A DNA stretch of 34,682 nucleotides from positions 1 to 34,682 of the forward strand of contig JBICHM010000198.1 in NCBI GenBank assembly GCA_043101835.1, written 5' to 3'. Positions within the stretch are counted from its first letter, which is position 1. Each line of letters starts with the position of its first letter. Below are positions 24,209 to 33,200 of this stretch, piece by piece. Source of the stretch: Phycisphaerales bacterium (GTDB lineage: Bacteria; Planctomycetota; Phycisphaerae; Phycisphaerales; UBA1924). The notes under the pieces were generated by a model. That model was not told the origin of the DNA. It ran no database searches and saw nothing but the letters and a program-made list of their open reading frames with translations. Both the position numbers and the translations under genes were made by a program.

Positions 24209-26682
24209 GCCCTGTCCCCCGCTGCGCTGCGCAGTCGGGGCAGCACCTCGTCGATCCTCGCGCGGTGACGCTGGAGGTCGGCGTACCTGCGGAGCCAGTC
24301 GCTCTGGAGGCGCGCCGCCTGCTCCTCGGTCATGGCGCCGCCCTGCTCCGCCGCCATCTGCCAGAGCGCCCGCTCGACATCGAGGAACTGGTTGACCGCA
24401 TCCTCGAGTGTCACGAGCGAGCCGAACGCCGAGGTGTCGTTGTCCGGAGACTGGTAGCGGCCCACGACGCGCTCGACGGATCGCACAAGCCACTCGCGCC
24501 GCTGCGCAGCGCCGGCGCCTTCCGCCTCGCTGCCAAGGCCGATCGCGAACGCAAGCCACTCGCGATACTTCGCTTCATCCTCTGCGCGAAGGCGTGACGC
24601 GGTCTGCTTGAAAACCTCGGCGAACCCTGCGCCGTCCTCACTCCACGAGACGAGGTCCGCCTCGCCGGTCTGGACACGCACCACCTCCGCGACACGACCG
24701 AAGTCGATGAGCGCCGGGTCGGCGCCCAGCGCGGCGACCGCGCCGGTTGCCTCTGCGTCGATCGCGGCCTTGGGGCGCTCGCCCAGCGCGAGCGTCGACC
24801 ACCGGAGCAATTCCGCAAGCGCGCGGGCGTCGGCGTCGAGGTCGGTCGCCTCCTGCGTGGCGAGGGCGCCATCGGTCCCGGGCGCGCCCGAGAGTTGCTG
24901 CAGCGCGAAAGTCGCCGCCGGTCGGGCGGTGACGCGCGCAAGCAGCATCGCCTGCGCCTGACTCGTGTCGGCGCCGAAGGACGACCCGAAGAGGCGGCAC
25001 ATGAACCCGCCCTCGGCCGTCTCGAGGCGCGTCAGGAGGCGACGCTGAATGTCGAGGCTCGTGCCGCCGAACGCGTCGTCCCCGCCCGGCGTCGCGTTGT
25101 ACACCGGCACCGAGTCGCCGATCGGCAGGATGAGCGCCGCCCGTTCGGGGATGAACTGCCCGCCCTGATCCTCGTTGTAGAAATACGCGTCGCGCGCATT
25201 CCGCCACGGGTCGAGGTTCGCCTTCTGCCAGTTCCAGGAGCAGATGACGCCCCAGATCATGGAGGTCAGCAGCAGCGCCGCCGCGGCCCCGCCGGCGACC
25301 CACATGATCATGCGCGCCTTGCGGCGCGTGCCCTCGGCGTCGGCGGCGTCGGTGACGAGCCCCTTCTCCTGGAAGACCTTCTTCTCGATGACGTCCTTGA
25401 GGAAGTAGGCGCGATCGGCGCGGAAGATCCCGCCGCCCGAGACCGCGTCGGCGTCCTCGGCGCCGACCAGATCAGCCAGCGCATTGTCGATCGCTGCGCC
25501 CTTCTGCATCGACGAGGTGAAGAAGACGCCGCGGAAGAACGGCGGCTGATACCACGCCGTCTTCGTGAACAGGCGGTCGAGGTAGGCGCGGAGATTCGGC
25601 GCGAGCGAATCGAACGCTTCGGGGAACGCGTAGAGCTTCTCGACCTGCTCGGCGCGACGCTTGTTGGCGTCCTCGGTGTGCACGGGGTCGCGCAGCAGTT
25701 CGAGGCGGCGCTTGCGGAGTCGATCGCTGATCTCCGAGAGCGCGCCGACGACCATGTCCGGCTTGTACGGCTCATCGAGCGAAGCCGGGTTCGACCAGCC
25801 CAGCATCTGGTGCTGCTGCTCGACATCAGTGAGGTCGTCGAAGAACTCGCGGAAGCCGAGCACGCGGTCACACATGGTGACAACGATGAAGACCGGAAAG
25901 CGCACGCCGAGTCGCTGCTGCAGGCGGCTGAGACGATCGACGAAGCGCGTGGCGCGCTGCTCGATCTGTTCCGTCGTGTCGTCGAGCAGGCCTCCGGTCG
26001 CCGGCTGCTGGCCGGGCTCCACGGGCGGCGCTGCGGCGGGGAGCATGAGCACGACGCCGTTGATCGGGCACTTCTTCCGCTGCCCCTTGAGCATCGTGAG
26101 CAGTTGATCCCACTCGGCGACTTCGCCCGCTGCAACCTCCTCCACGATGATGCGGCCTGCCGTGTCGATGATCACCGCGTCGTTGGTGAACCACCAGTCC
26201 ATGTTCACTGTGCCGCCGGCGCCCTGGAAGCGATCCTGCAGTCCGGGCGGGAAGGCGATATTGCTGCGCCGGATGGCCTCGGTCTTGCCCGACCCTGGCT
26301 CACCGATCAGGATGAACCACGGCACGTCATAGACGGAGCGCCCCGCGGAGCGGAACTTCTCGATGCCTTCCTCGAACTTCTCACGCATATGCTCGAGGCG
26401 ACTGCGCTCCTCGGCGCTGGCGGTGCGCGGTTGGAGCTTGAGCATTGCCTTCAGTGATTCACTGAAGGTCTTGCCCTCCTTCTTGGCCTTGTAGCGTCGG
26501 AAGATCTCGAACGCGATGACGAGCAGCAGCACGACGACAATGCCGCCGATGAGCCAGCCCGCGGCCGCGCGCAGGAAGTAGATCGCGCCAACGCCGATAG
26601 CGCCGACGCCGACGAACGCCCCGATGCGCGCGGGCTTCGGGAGTCTGTTGAACCCGACGAGGTCGAGAACATCGCTCAGCAT
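24205..26682 (-). CDS. tssM: TssM/IcmF N-terminal half: 2 TM, P-loop NTPase, third TM, start of periplasmic domain
   Basis: TM1/TM2 (IGAFVGVGAIGVGAIYFL, WLIGGIVVVLLLVIAF). YDVPWFILIGEPGSGKTEA (Walker A at 26281-26301). NMDWWFTNDAVIIDTAGR. FPVFIVVTMCDRVLGFREFFDDL (ImcF-related domain). Third TM MIMWVAGGAAAALLLTSMIWGVI. Confidence 0.85.
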   Translation of the reverse strand: MLSDVLDLVGFNRLPKPARIGAFVGVGAIGVGAIYFLRAAAGWLIGGIVVVLLLVIAFEIFRRYKAKKEGKTFSESLKAMLKLQPRTASAEERSRLEHMREKFEEGIEKFRSAGRSVYDVPWFILIGEPGSGKTEAIRRSNIAFPPGLQDRFQGAGGTVNMDWWFTNDAVIIDTAGRIIVEEVAAGEVAEWDQLLTMLKGQRKKCPINGVVLMLPAAAPPVEPGQQPATGGLLDDTTEQIEQRATRFVDRLSRLQQRLGVRFPVFIVVTMCDRVLGFREFFDDLTDVEQQHQMLGWSNPASLDEPYKPDMVVGALSEISDRLRKRRLELLRDPVHTEDANKRRAEQVEKLYAFPEAFDSLAPNLRAYLDRLFTKTAWYQPPFFRGVFFTSSMQKGAAIDNALADLVGAEDADAVSGGGIFRADRAYFLKDVIEKKVFQEKGLVTDAADAEGTRRKARMIMWVAGGAAAALLLTSMIWGVICSWNWQKANLDPWRNARDAYFYNEDQGGQFIPERAALILPIGDSVPVYNATPGGDDAFGGTSLDIQRRLLTRLETAEGGFMCRLFGSSFGADTSQAQAMLLARVTARPAATFALQQLSGAPGTDGALATQEATDLDADARALAELLRWSTLALGERPKAAIDAEATGAVAALGADPALIDFGRVAEVVRVQTGEADLVSWSEDGAGFAEVFKQTASRLRAEDEAKYREWLAFAIGLGSEAEGAGAAQRREWLVRSVERVVGRYQSPDNDTSAFGSLVTLEDAVNQFLDVERALWQMAAEQGGAMTEEQAARLQSDWLRRYADLQRHRARIDEVLPRLRSAAGDRA

Positions 26683-27419
26683 CAGCGGGCCTCCCCTTCC
26701 GGAGCGGGCGTCTCGCTCATGGTCTCGGTGATAGTGCGCACCTCGGCGCGGGAGCCGTTCACGACCGCTCGGGTCGCCCCGAGCAGCGTCACGATGCCGA
26801 CGAGCACGATGATGGCCGTCTTCAGGAGCGAGCCGGCCGGGTTCAGGCTGAGCGTCTCGGTGCGGACATGCCGGTAGGCGTCGGGACAGAGCTTCCGCTC
26901 ACCGCCGACCCCGCGCGTCTTCTGCACGCGCATCCACGCCTGGTTCATCTTCTGGCGGAGCATGTCGTGCATGCCCTCGTAGGAACCGGTGAAGCCGAGG
27001 CCGACCATGATGTAGTACGCCTCGACGCACTGGTCGGCGGCTTCATCGCTCCGGGCCATCGCGTCGTCGAAGAGCTCCCAGAACTTGTCGTCGCCGCCGT
27101 GCTCATTGTGGTCGTACTGAATCGGCTTCCACTGCGGCACGCCGGCCCACTCGCTCGTCAGCAGCATGCTGTCGGCGAAGAAGACAAGCGACAGGAACGC
27201 CTGCTCGTAGGCGCGCCCCGCGACAGGGTCGCCCGAGCAGCACCGCTGCACGCGGTCGAGGATCGCCACGACCTCGGCGCGGACCTGGTCCGCGGCGGGC
27301 TGCGCCTCTGCCTCGAGCTTCGCCGAGCGGTTGACGCGCATGACGTACTGGAACAACTCGTCCGCGCAGCGGGCGAGCGTCGGACGCGCGGTGTCGGTCT
27401 GTTCAGGGGACTGTTGCAT
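26682..27419 (-). CDS. tssL: TssL / DotU family protein (no peptidoglycan-binding extension)
   Basis: AFLSLVFFADSMLLTSEW...W...GGDDKFWELFDDAMA...VEAYYIMVGLGFTGSYEG matches the DotU core. Single C-terminal TM LLKTAIIVLVGIVTLLGA. The ATG at 27419 lies 17 nt inside tssK, and the stop shares 1 nt with the tssM ATG. Confidence 0.85.
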   Translation of the reverse strand: MQQSPEQTDTARPTLARCADELFQYVMRVNRSAKLEAEAQPAADQVRAEVVAILDRVQRCCSGDPVAGRAYEQAFLSLVFFADSMLLTSEWAGVPQWKPIQYDHNEHGGDDKFWELFDDAMARSDEAADQCVEAYYIMVGLGFTGSYEGMHDMLRQKMNQAWMRVQKTRGVGGERKLCPDAYRHVRTETLSLNPAGSLLKTAIIVLVGIVTLLGATRAVVNGSRAEVRTITETMSETPAPEGEAR

Positions 27420-28767
27420 AGATCGCTAGCCGCCAGTCGGAGTCACCGGCCTCGGCGAAGTTCGCAACCGCCGCCGAGGCGCTCTTGATCGCTTCCCATT
27501 TCCGATCGGTCACATCAAGCTTGTAGAAATGCAGGCCGGCGCGCCCGGGAAGATGGGGCGAACCGACGCGGTCGTACTCGAGCGGAACGCCCCAGATGAG
27601 GCGACGCGCGAGCGACGGGGGAAGGAGCCGGAAGTTGTCCTTATTCTCGACGACCTCATTGACCTCGCGCGCATCCTGGTTGGTCTGCACACCGAGGTAC
27701 CAGACGACGCCGCGCGCGAACGCTTCCGCCGGCAGATCGACCTGGTACTGGTCCTGTTCCTTCTTGAAGTCGTACTTGATGAAGCGCTCCGCCACCTGCC
27801 CGGGGAGCAGGCCGCGGATGCGCTGGTCGAGGTCGAGGAAGAGCGCGCCGAGATTGTCGTGCTTGTACTCCGGCGGCGCCGCCTCGTCGCGTCCGGGCGA
27901 CAACGCGCGCAGCTCCGCCAGGCACTCGATCATCTCGCTGTACGCCTCGAAGGGCGCGGCGGCTCTGGCGTATTGCGCCAGCGCGCTCAGCCGGACCGCG
28001 AATCGCGAAAGCGTGCGCAGCCGGAAGAACTGCTCGATCTGCCGGCCCTGGAGGTTGTCGATCTCCATGCCCGCCGCGGCCATCTGGGCGGCGAGATCGG
28101 CGCGGCTCGCCTCGATCTGCTGCGCAAGGTCGCGCACAAGGCGGGTCAGACGACCGGCGCCCGCGAGCACGAGGCTGGGCGGGATGAACCGTGGGTCCTG
28201 CTTCGGAAGCCCGCCGCCCTCGCCCACGCCAAGCACAAGGCGCGCCAGCGGGATCGTCTCCATGTCCTCGGTCGGTTCGCCCTCAATGACGAGGCGGGCG
28301 TTGACCCGACGGACGACTTCCTTGCTGGCGCCCTCGCCAGTGTTCTCATCGACCAGGTCGCGCAGCGCGACGCGGTGGCGGCGCATGTGCCGGTGCGGCG
28401 CCGTCTCGTTCAGATCATCGACGACGTTGGCGCCGTGCGGACGTGACACGGGCACGCCGAGGCGGATCTCCAGCTTGCCGCCCGACTCCTCGAACGCCTT
28501 CTTGAAGTCGAGCACCGGGATCTCGGCGTCGTCAGGATGGCGAACGACGAGCCCGCTGGGCATCACGGCGACGAGTTTGTCGACCCGCACCTGAAAGTTG
28601 TCGAGCGCATCGTCGCTGATGACCGTCTCGACCACGCCGTACGGATGCGCGAAGCGCATCGCACGCTCGCCATCGAGGCGCGCGAGGAGTCCGCGCTGCA
28701 GGTGCTGGAGGTGATGGGGCTTGAGGAACAGCCCCTCGTGCCAGTGGACCAGAGTGATGTCATCCAC
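27403..28767 (-). CDS. tssK: TssK (VasE) baseplate-to-membrane-complex adaptor
   Basis: GTG start at 28767. N-terminus VDDITLVHWHEGLFLKPHHLQHLQR matches the canonical TssK opening (V.W.EG..L.PQHFQQ). Length of 454 aa and overall pattern are consistent. Confidence 0.9.
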   Translation of the reverse strand: MDDITLVHWHEGLFLKPHHLQHLQRGLLARLDGERAMRFAHPYGVVETVISDDALDNFQVRVDKLVAVMPSGLVVRHPDDAEIPVLDFKKAFEESGGKLEIRLGVPVSRPHGANVVDDLNETAPHRHMRRHRVALRDLVDENTGEGASKEVVRRVNARLVIEGEPTEDMETIPLARLVLGVGEGGGLPKQDPRFIPPSLVLAGAGRLTRLVRDLAQQIEASRADLAAQMAAAGMEIDNLQGRQIEQFFRLRTLSRFAVRLSALAQYARAAAPFEAYSEMIECLAELRALSPGRDEAAPPEYKHDNLGALFLDLDQRIRGLLPGQVAERFIKYDFKKEQDQYQVDLPAEAFARGVVWYLGVQTNQDAREVNEVVENKDNFRLLPPSLARRLIWGVPLEYDRVGSPHLPGRAGLHFYKLDVTDRKWEAIKSASAAVANFAEAGDSDWRLAIYATVP

Positions 28768-29575
28768 GCGCCGTGCTCCCTGCAGACGCGTTGAGCGTCT
28801 CGATCACGTACTCGGCGAGGCGACGCTGGATCTCGCCAAAGACCGCCTGCACATCGGCGGCGTGGTGCGATTCGACCAGCGTCTCGTACTGATTCCAATA
28901 GGCCGCTTCTCGCGTCGCGTTGCGCTTCCCCGGCAGGCTCGACCGGATCGCGTCCGGCGAGAAGATGCGGACGTGCCCCTGGGCGTGCTGCTTCGCGGCG
29001 TCGGCCAGGCCCATCAGCATGCCGGAGATGAGCCGGCGCAGCAGATCGAGCTGGCGACGCACCTCATCGGGCCCCGTATCGCCCTGCCCGGAGAGAAACG
29101 CCGCCGACACCGTCCGGATGGCCACCGGCGCCGGCGCCTTCGCTCCGTCATGGCTCTGCGCGTGCTTGGCCAGCTCGCGCCAGATCGTGCGCACCGCGGC
29201 GTCGACCGCGAGGGTGAACTGCATCCACGTCGCGGCGAGTTGGATCAGCCGGTGCTCGTCGATGGCCTCGACCGGTACGCCGAGCGCATCGGTGAACTCC
29301 TTGAGGTCCACCCCGCTCGGTGCGCGTGGGGCCGGCGCCGCCGGGCGCGGCGCACCCCCGGCTGGGCCGAGCTCGCCCTCGTCGATGTACTCGCGGATGG
29401 GGAAGCGCTCGGCGAGGTCGCGGTAGAACGCGCGCGGGTCGGCGGCGGCGTCGATCACGCACGCAGCGAGCTCGCGCACGCCCGCGGCGCGCTCCTGCTC
29501 CGAAGCGCTGCCGAGATCCGCCTCGAGCAGCCGCAGCGCTCTGGCCAGGCCGTCAACCGACACACGAGCCGTCAT
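28760..29575 (-). CDS. hypothetical protein in the TagH/Fha position; possible TagH C-terminal-domain homologue without an FHA domain
   Basis: ATG 29575 with a purine-rich GGGGGGAAGGG upstream. 8-nt overlap with the tssK start. Good coding composition. The C-terminal part (LISGMLMGLADAAKQHAQGHVRIFSPDAI...AAYWNQYETLVE...FGEIQRRLAEYV) loosely resembles the non-FHA C-terminal region of T6SS Fha/TagH proteins as I remember them. CDS call is confident, function call is not. Confidence 0.5.
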   Translation of the reverse strand: MTARVSVDGLARALRLLEADLGSASEQERAAGVRELAACVIDAAADPRAFYRDLAERFPIREYIDEGELGPAGGAPRPAAPAPRAPSGVDLKEFTDALGVPVEAIDEHRLIQLAATWMQFTLAVDAAVRTIWRELAKHAQSHDGAKAPAPVAIRTVSAAFLSGQGDTGPDEVRRQLDLLRRLISGMLMGLADAAKQHAQGHVRIFSPDAIRSSLPGKRNATREAAYWNQYETLVESHHAADVQAVFGEIQRRLAEYVIETLNASAGSTARG

Positions 29576-29926
29576 ACGGCGCCCTTCCCCCCGACGCTTC
29601 GACCAGAGGAACGGGGAAAGTCGGCAGGCTCCTGCCCCCTCGGAGCGCCTCCTCCCCCACCGCGCTGCGCGGCGTCAGCTCGCGCACGGGAACGAATGCC
29701 AAACCTACCTGCCCCCCCCATTGGTGTCCACCCTTGAGCGCCCGAGAGCCGGACGCCGCCGACGCCCCTCCCGAACGACCGAGAACCATGCACAGGCGCG
29801 CCGGTCGCGGCGGAACGCGCGGCTGGGGGGATCGGGCAACCCCGCAACCGCGCCCCCCGACATCCGGCGGTCAAGCGCTCCGGCGCCGGGGCCGATCCAA
29901 CTCCGAACGAACCGGAGGAGCCAGAC
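29576..29926. promoter_or_regulatory. divergent intergenic region (T6SS-like operon versus lipoprotein gene)
   Basis: 351 nt with no credible ORF, lying between divergent starts 29575 (-) and 29927 (+). Contains polypyrimidine/G tracts and a small GGCAGG/CCTGCC palindrome (about 29622-29635). No promoter could be assigned confidently. Confidence 0.3.
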
Positions 29927-30244
29927 ATGCGCCACGCGCGAATCCTGAAGTCGCTGACCTGTCTCACGATCTGCGCCGGCGCCATCGGCTGCAGTTCCAC
30001 CCCGGCCGCCCCGGCCCGCGCCCATGCCGAGTTGACGCGCGAAGCGCAGCTCATGCAGGACGAGGCCATCTTCGCTGTCGGCGACTCGCTCGGCGCCCGC
30101 CTCGTGCGGAGTCCCCAGCACGAGACGCTCGACTCTCCCGTCTTCGCAAGGCGCACGCCGATGGGCTTCCAGGCCGCCGATGCGCTGGGCGCCACCGCGC
30201 TCTCCAGCCGCCCGGCGCTCGCGGGCGTCGTCGACGACGAATAA
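29927..30244 (+). CDS. small lipoprotein (105 aa)
   Basis: GGAGGAG 6-7 nt upstream of ATG 29927. Signal and lipobox MRHARILKSLTCLTICAGAIGC|SS. Codon position 3 is almost exclusively G/C. TAA stop at 30242-30244. Confidence 0.75.
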   Translation: MRHARILKSLTCLTICAGAIGCSSTPAAPARAHAELTREAQLMQDEAIFAVGDSLGARLVRSPQHETLDSPVFARRTPMGFQAADALGATALSSRPALAGVVDDE

Positions 30245-30257
30245 GCGGAAGCGTTCG

Positions 30258-33200
30258 TCACGGCGTCGCCTCCCCGGCGCTGATGACGGCCGCGAGATCT
30301 TCCATTGTCTGCGCGTATCGCCCGGCGAGCGATCGCGGCGCTGCGTCACCGACGCCAAAGGCAAGGCGCACGCCGACATCGGGGAATCCGCTCCCTCCAC
30401 CGCGCACCACATCAGCAAGCAGATTCGCGCGTCGATCACGCCGCGACCGGCTCAGCGTGACCACCTGGTCCGGCTCGCCCGCGCCGCTGAGCGCGGAGAT
30501 GCCGACGATCCGTGCCGACGCCTCCAGATCCTCATCGGCGAGCGACGGCGCAGCGAACTCCGGCGGCCGCTCGTTGGCCAGCGCATCCGCCCACTCGGCG
30601 ACGTTGCCCACCATGTCGCGCAGCGCTGGCGTGCCCGGCGCAAGGTCGATCGGGCGGAGCCACAGCCAGCCGTCATCTTCAGCGTCGTACGACGACGGCG
30701 TCTCGCGCGTGCCGTATCCAAAGAACGATCGGGCCTGCGGCGACGGGATGCCTCGCTGCTCGCGCTGCACCTGGCGGAGCCAGGCAGCGTCGCTGACGTT
30801 CGGCGCCGCGCCTTGGCGGAGGTCCTCTCTCCCATACGCCGCGAGCCATTCCTCGGGGCTCGGCAGGCGGCATCCGGCAGCGCTGGCCGTCGCCCATGCG
30901 CCCTGGAATCCAATCAGATGCAGCGGCGTTCGCTCGGTCGGTGACCATGCCTGCGAACGAGCCGCGTCCTGTTCACCGTAGATCAGTCGCCGGTGCGCCG
31001 GCCAATCCACGCCGCCCTCGCGCACCTGCGCGGGTGGGCTGATCCAGTCAACCTGCAACTCGACCTGCCGCTGGGCTGTGACCCAGTATCCACGGATTTC
31101 GTTGGGGATCGCGTCGTCATCCGGGGCGTTGCCCCAATCCTTGAGCAGCGCGTGCTGCGCGATCATGTCCCAGGACGGGCCGTCGGCGTCGCGGGCAATC
31201 TGCTGGAACGCCTCGAGCGACAGCTCATCCGACGCCATGTAGAAGGGCGGATCGAACTCCTCGATCAACGCGAATCCCATCGTGACGCCGTTGCGCTCGT
31301 AGACCGGCCGCTCGATCGTGGACTCGGGCCGCAGCGTCCACGCGGCGCCACCCGGCCCAATCGTTGCGAGCAGATCAAGATCGAGCCGCGGCCCGCCGCG
31401 CCCCGCTTCGAGATCGGCGAGACGCTGATCCGCGACGCCGAGCAGCGTGTACCAGTCGCCATCGCCCGGCACACCGGGGCGGATGTCCGCGATGCGCGCA
31501 CGGAACGCGCCGAGCCGGGGGCGCACCTCTTCATCGGGCGCATCCTCGGCGGGCGCGTAGCCGACCACCTCGGCGAGGAGGCGCGCCGCTTCGATGTGCG
31601 GCTGCACGCCGCCGCCACCAACCTCCGGGAGAATCTGTTCGACGCCGGCCAGATCGGCGAGCGCATCGGCGTTGGTCGCCCAGGTCGCCGGGCGGCCCGC
31701 CAACCACGAATCGAGTCGCTGCGGCACGGTGGGAGCGCCAAGACGATCGGGGAGCACCTCGTAGGCCGCGACGAGACGATCGCGGATCACGCGCTCGAGT
31801 TCGATGTCGTCAATCGCCAGCGACGGGTCGACCTGGGCCTCCGCCTCGCGCAGGAACTCGTATGCGTTCCAGAGCACCTCGGTGCGGATGACGCCGGATC
31901 GCAGGTCGATCGCAAGACGATCACGCAGGAACTCCCACTGACCGCGCGTGTCGATGTACGCCTGCAACTGCACCAGCGCCTGGAAGAGACGCCCGTCGCC
32001 GGGGTGCGCAGCGGGATCGACGCCGACGCTGCGGAGCGACTCGGCGAGCGCGGTCACCGCGCCGGCGGCGTCCGGCGTCAGCGGCCCCTGCCGAGCATCG
32101 ATGCTCGCAAGCACCGCTGCAGCGCCGTCGCGCAGTTCAACGATGCGCTCAATGGTCGCCCGGATCGGCGCCGCGTCATCCGGCGAGGCCACCGCTGTTG
32201 TCCGCCACTCCTCGAGCAGTGTCGCGGCCCGGCTGCGGAGCACATCGCCGAAGGTGCTGTTGTCGCCGCGGACCGACTCGACACTCGCGAGCAGAACGAG
32301 CGCATCCCGCGACACAGCGCGCAGGCGCTGCGTTTCGTTGGCCAGTTCGTCGAGAATCGGCTCGAGAACGTCGTCCTCCGCGCCGCGCGCCTGATCGACG
32401 ATCGGCGTCAGATGCGCATCGAACCAGCCGGGGAACTCCTCGATGAGCGACTCAGCGCGCGAGATGGCGCCGCGCCGCCGAAGCTCGATGTTCGCCCGCT
32501 CCTCGAGGTACGACTCGGCGCCGGCCAGCCGGTCGAACGACTCGGCGAGGCGCGATCCGGCGACCGCGACGGCGTCGAGCACTGTCTGCTCGTTCTCGAG
32601 GCTCCACTCGCCGACACCGTCCAGCGGCTCCTCAACGGTCGCCAACTGTGCTTCGAGCGCATCGATCCGGTCCTGAATGATCGCCATCTCCTCGCCGGTG
32701 AGCCCGGTGACAAGATCTGTGATCTGCTGGCGAAGCTCGTCGCGCTTCGCAAAGAGCTGCAGCCTCGGATCGGTCCCGATGTTGACGAACTGCGAGTCGC
32801 GAACGGTCCGCTGCCACCGATCGAATGCGTCGCGCCCCGTCGCCGCGTCCGCGAAGGCCTGCCCGCCGACGCCCGCGCCCTCAGCAAGGAACCGCTCGCG
32901 GTCGAACCGGGCGTTGCCCGACCAGTACTCTGCGGTGTCGGCGACCTGTTCGAGCACGACCGCGCTCTGGCTCGAAAACCGCGCGATCGTCGCCTCCGGC
33001 GCCTCGCCGGGCTGCGCCTGCGCGAGCGAGTCGAGCCACTGCCGAGCAGCTTCGCCCGCCGGCCGGGGCTCGCCGGCGCCGTCGACCACGATCATCGCGC
33101 CGCTCGCGTCGATATCGATCAACGTGTTCTCGGTGCGGTCACGCGCATCCGCCAGCCGTGCGAACCATCCGCTGAGCTGCGTGTGCAGTCGCGCGGCGTC

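Noticed and set aside
24190-24220. Calling tssM a pseudogene
   Set aside because: Both halves keep intact, protein-like frames and precise GTGA start/stop coupling with an SD-like purine run. That fits a functional split as well as a frameshift, so I report it as a finding rather than annotating a pseudogene.
29684-29701. Possible sigma-54 promoter for the T6SS-like operon (TGGCAT on the minus strand at 29696-29701)
   Set aside because: The expected -12 element (TTGC, 4-5 nt after the -24 box) is absent; the sequence reads TGGCAT-TCGTT-CCCG. The match is to half a motif only.
30236-30259. Inverted repeat GACGAA/TTCGTC between the convergent lipoprotein and pseudokinase genes
   Set aside because: Only 6 bp with a 12-nt loop and no U-tract, which is too weak to call a terminator.
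29320-30981. ORFs bridging the gap between the TagH-like gene and the pseudokinase gene (29320-30981 +, 29572-30261 -, 29705-30439 -)
   Set aside because: Arg/Ser/Gly/Ala-rich junk composition. The only frame with an SD, a lipobox and a clean GC3 signal in this interval is 29927-30244 (+).
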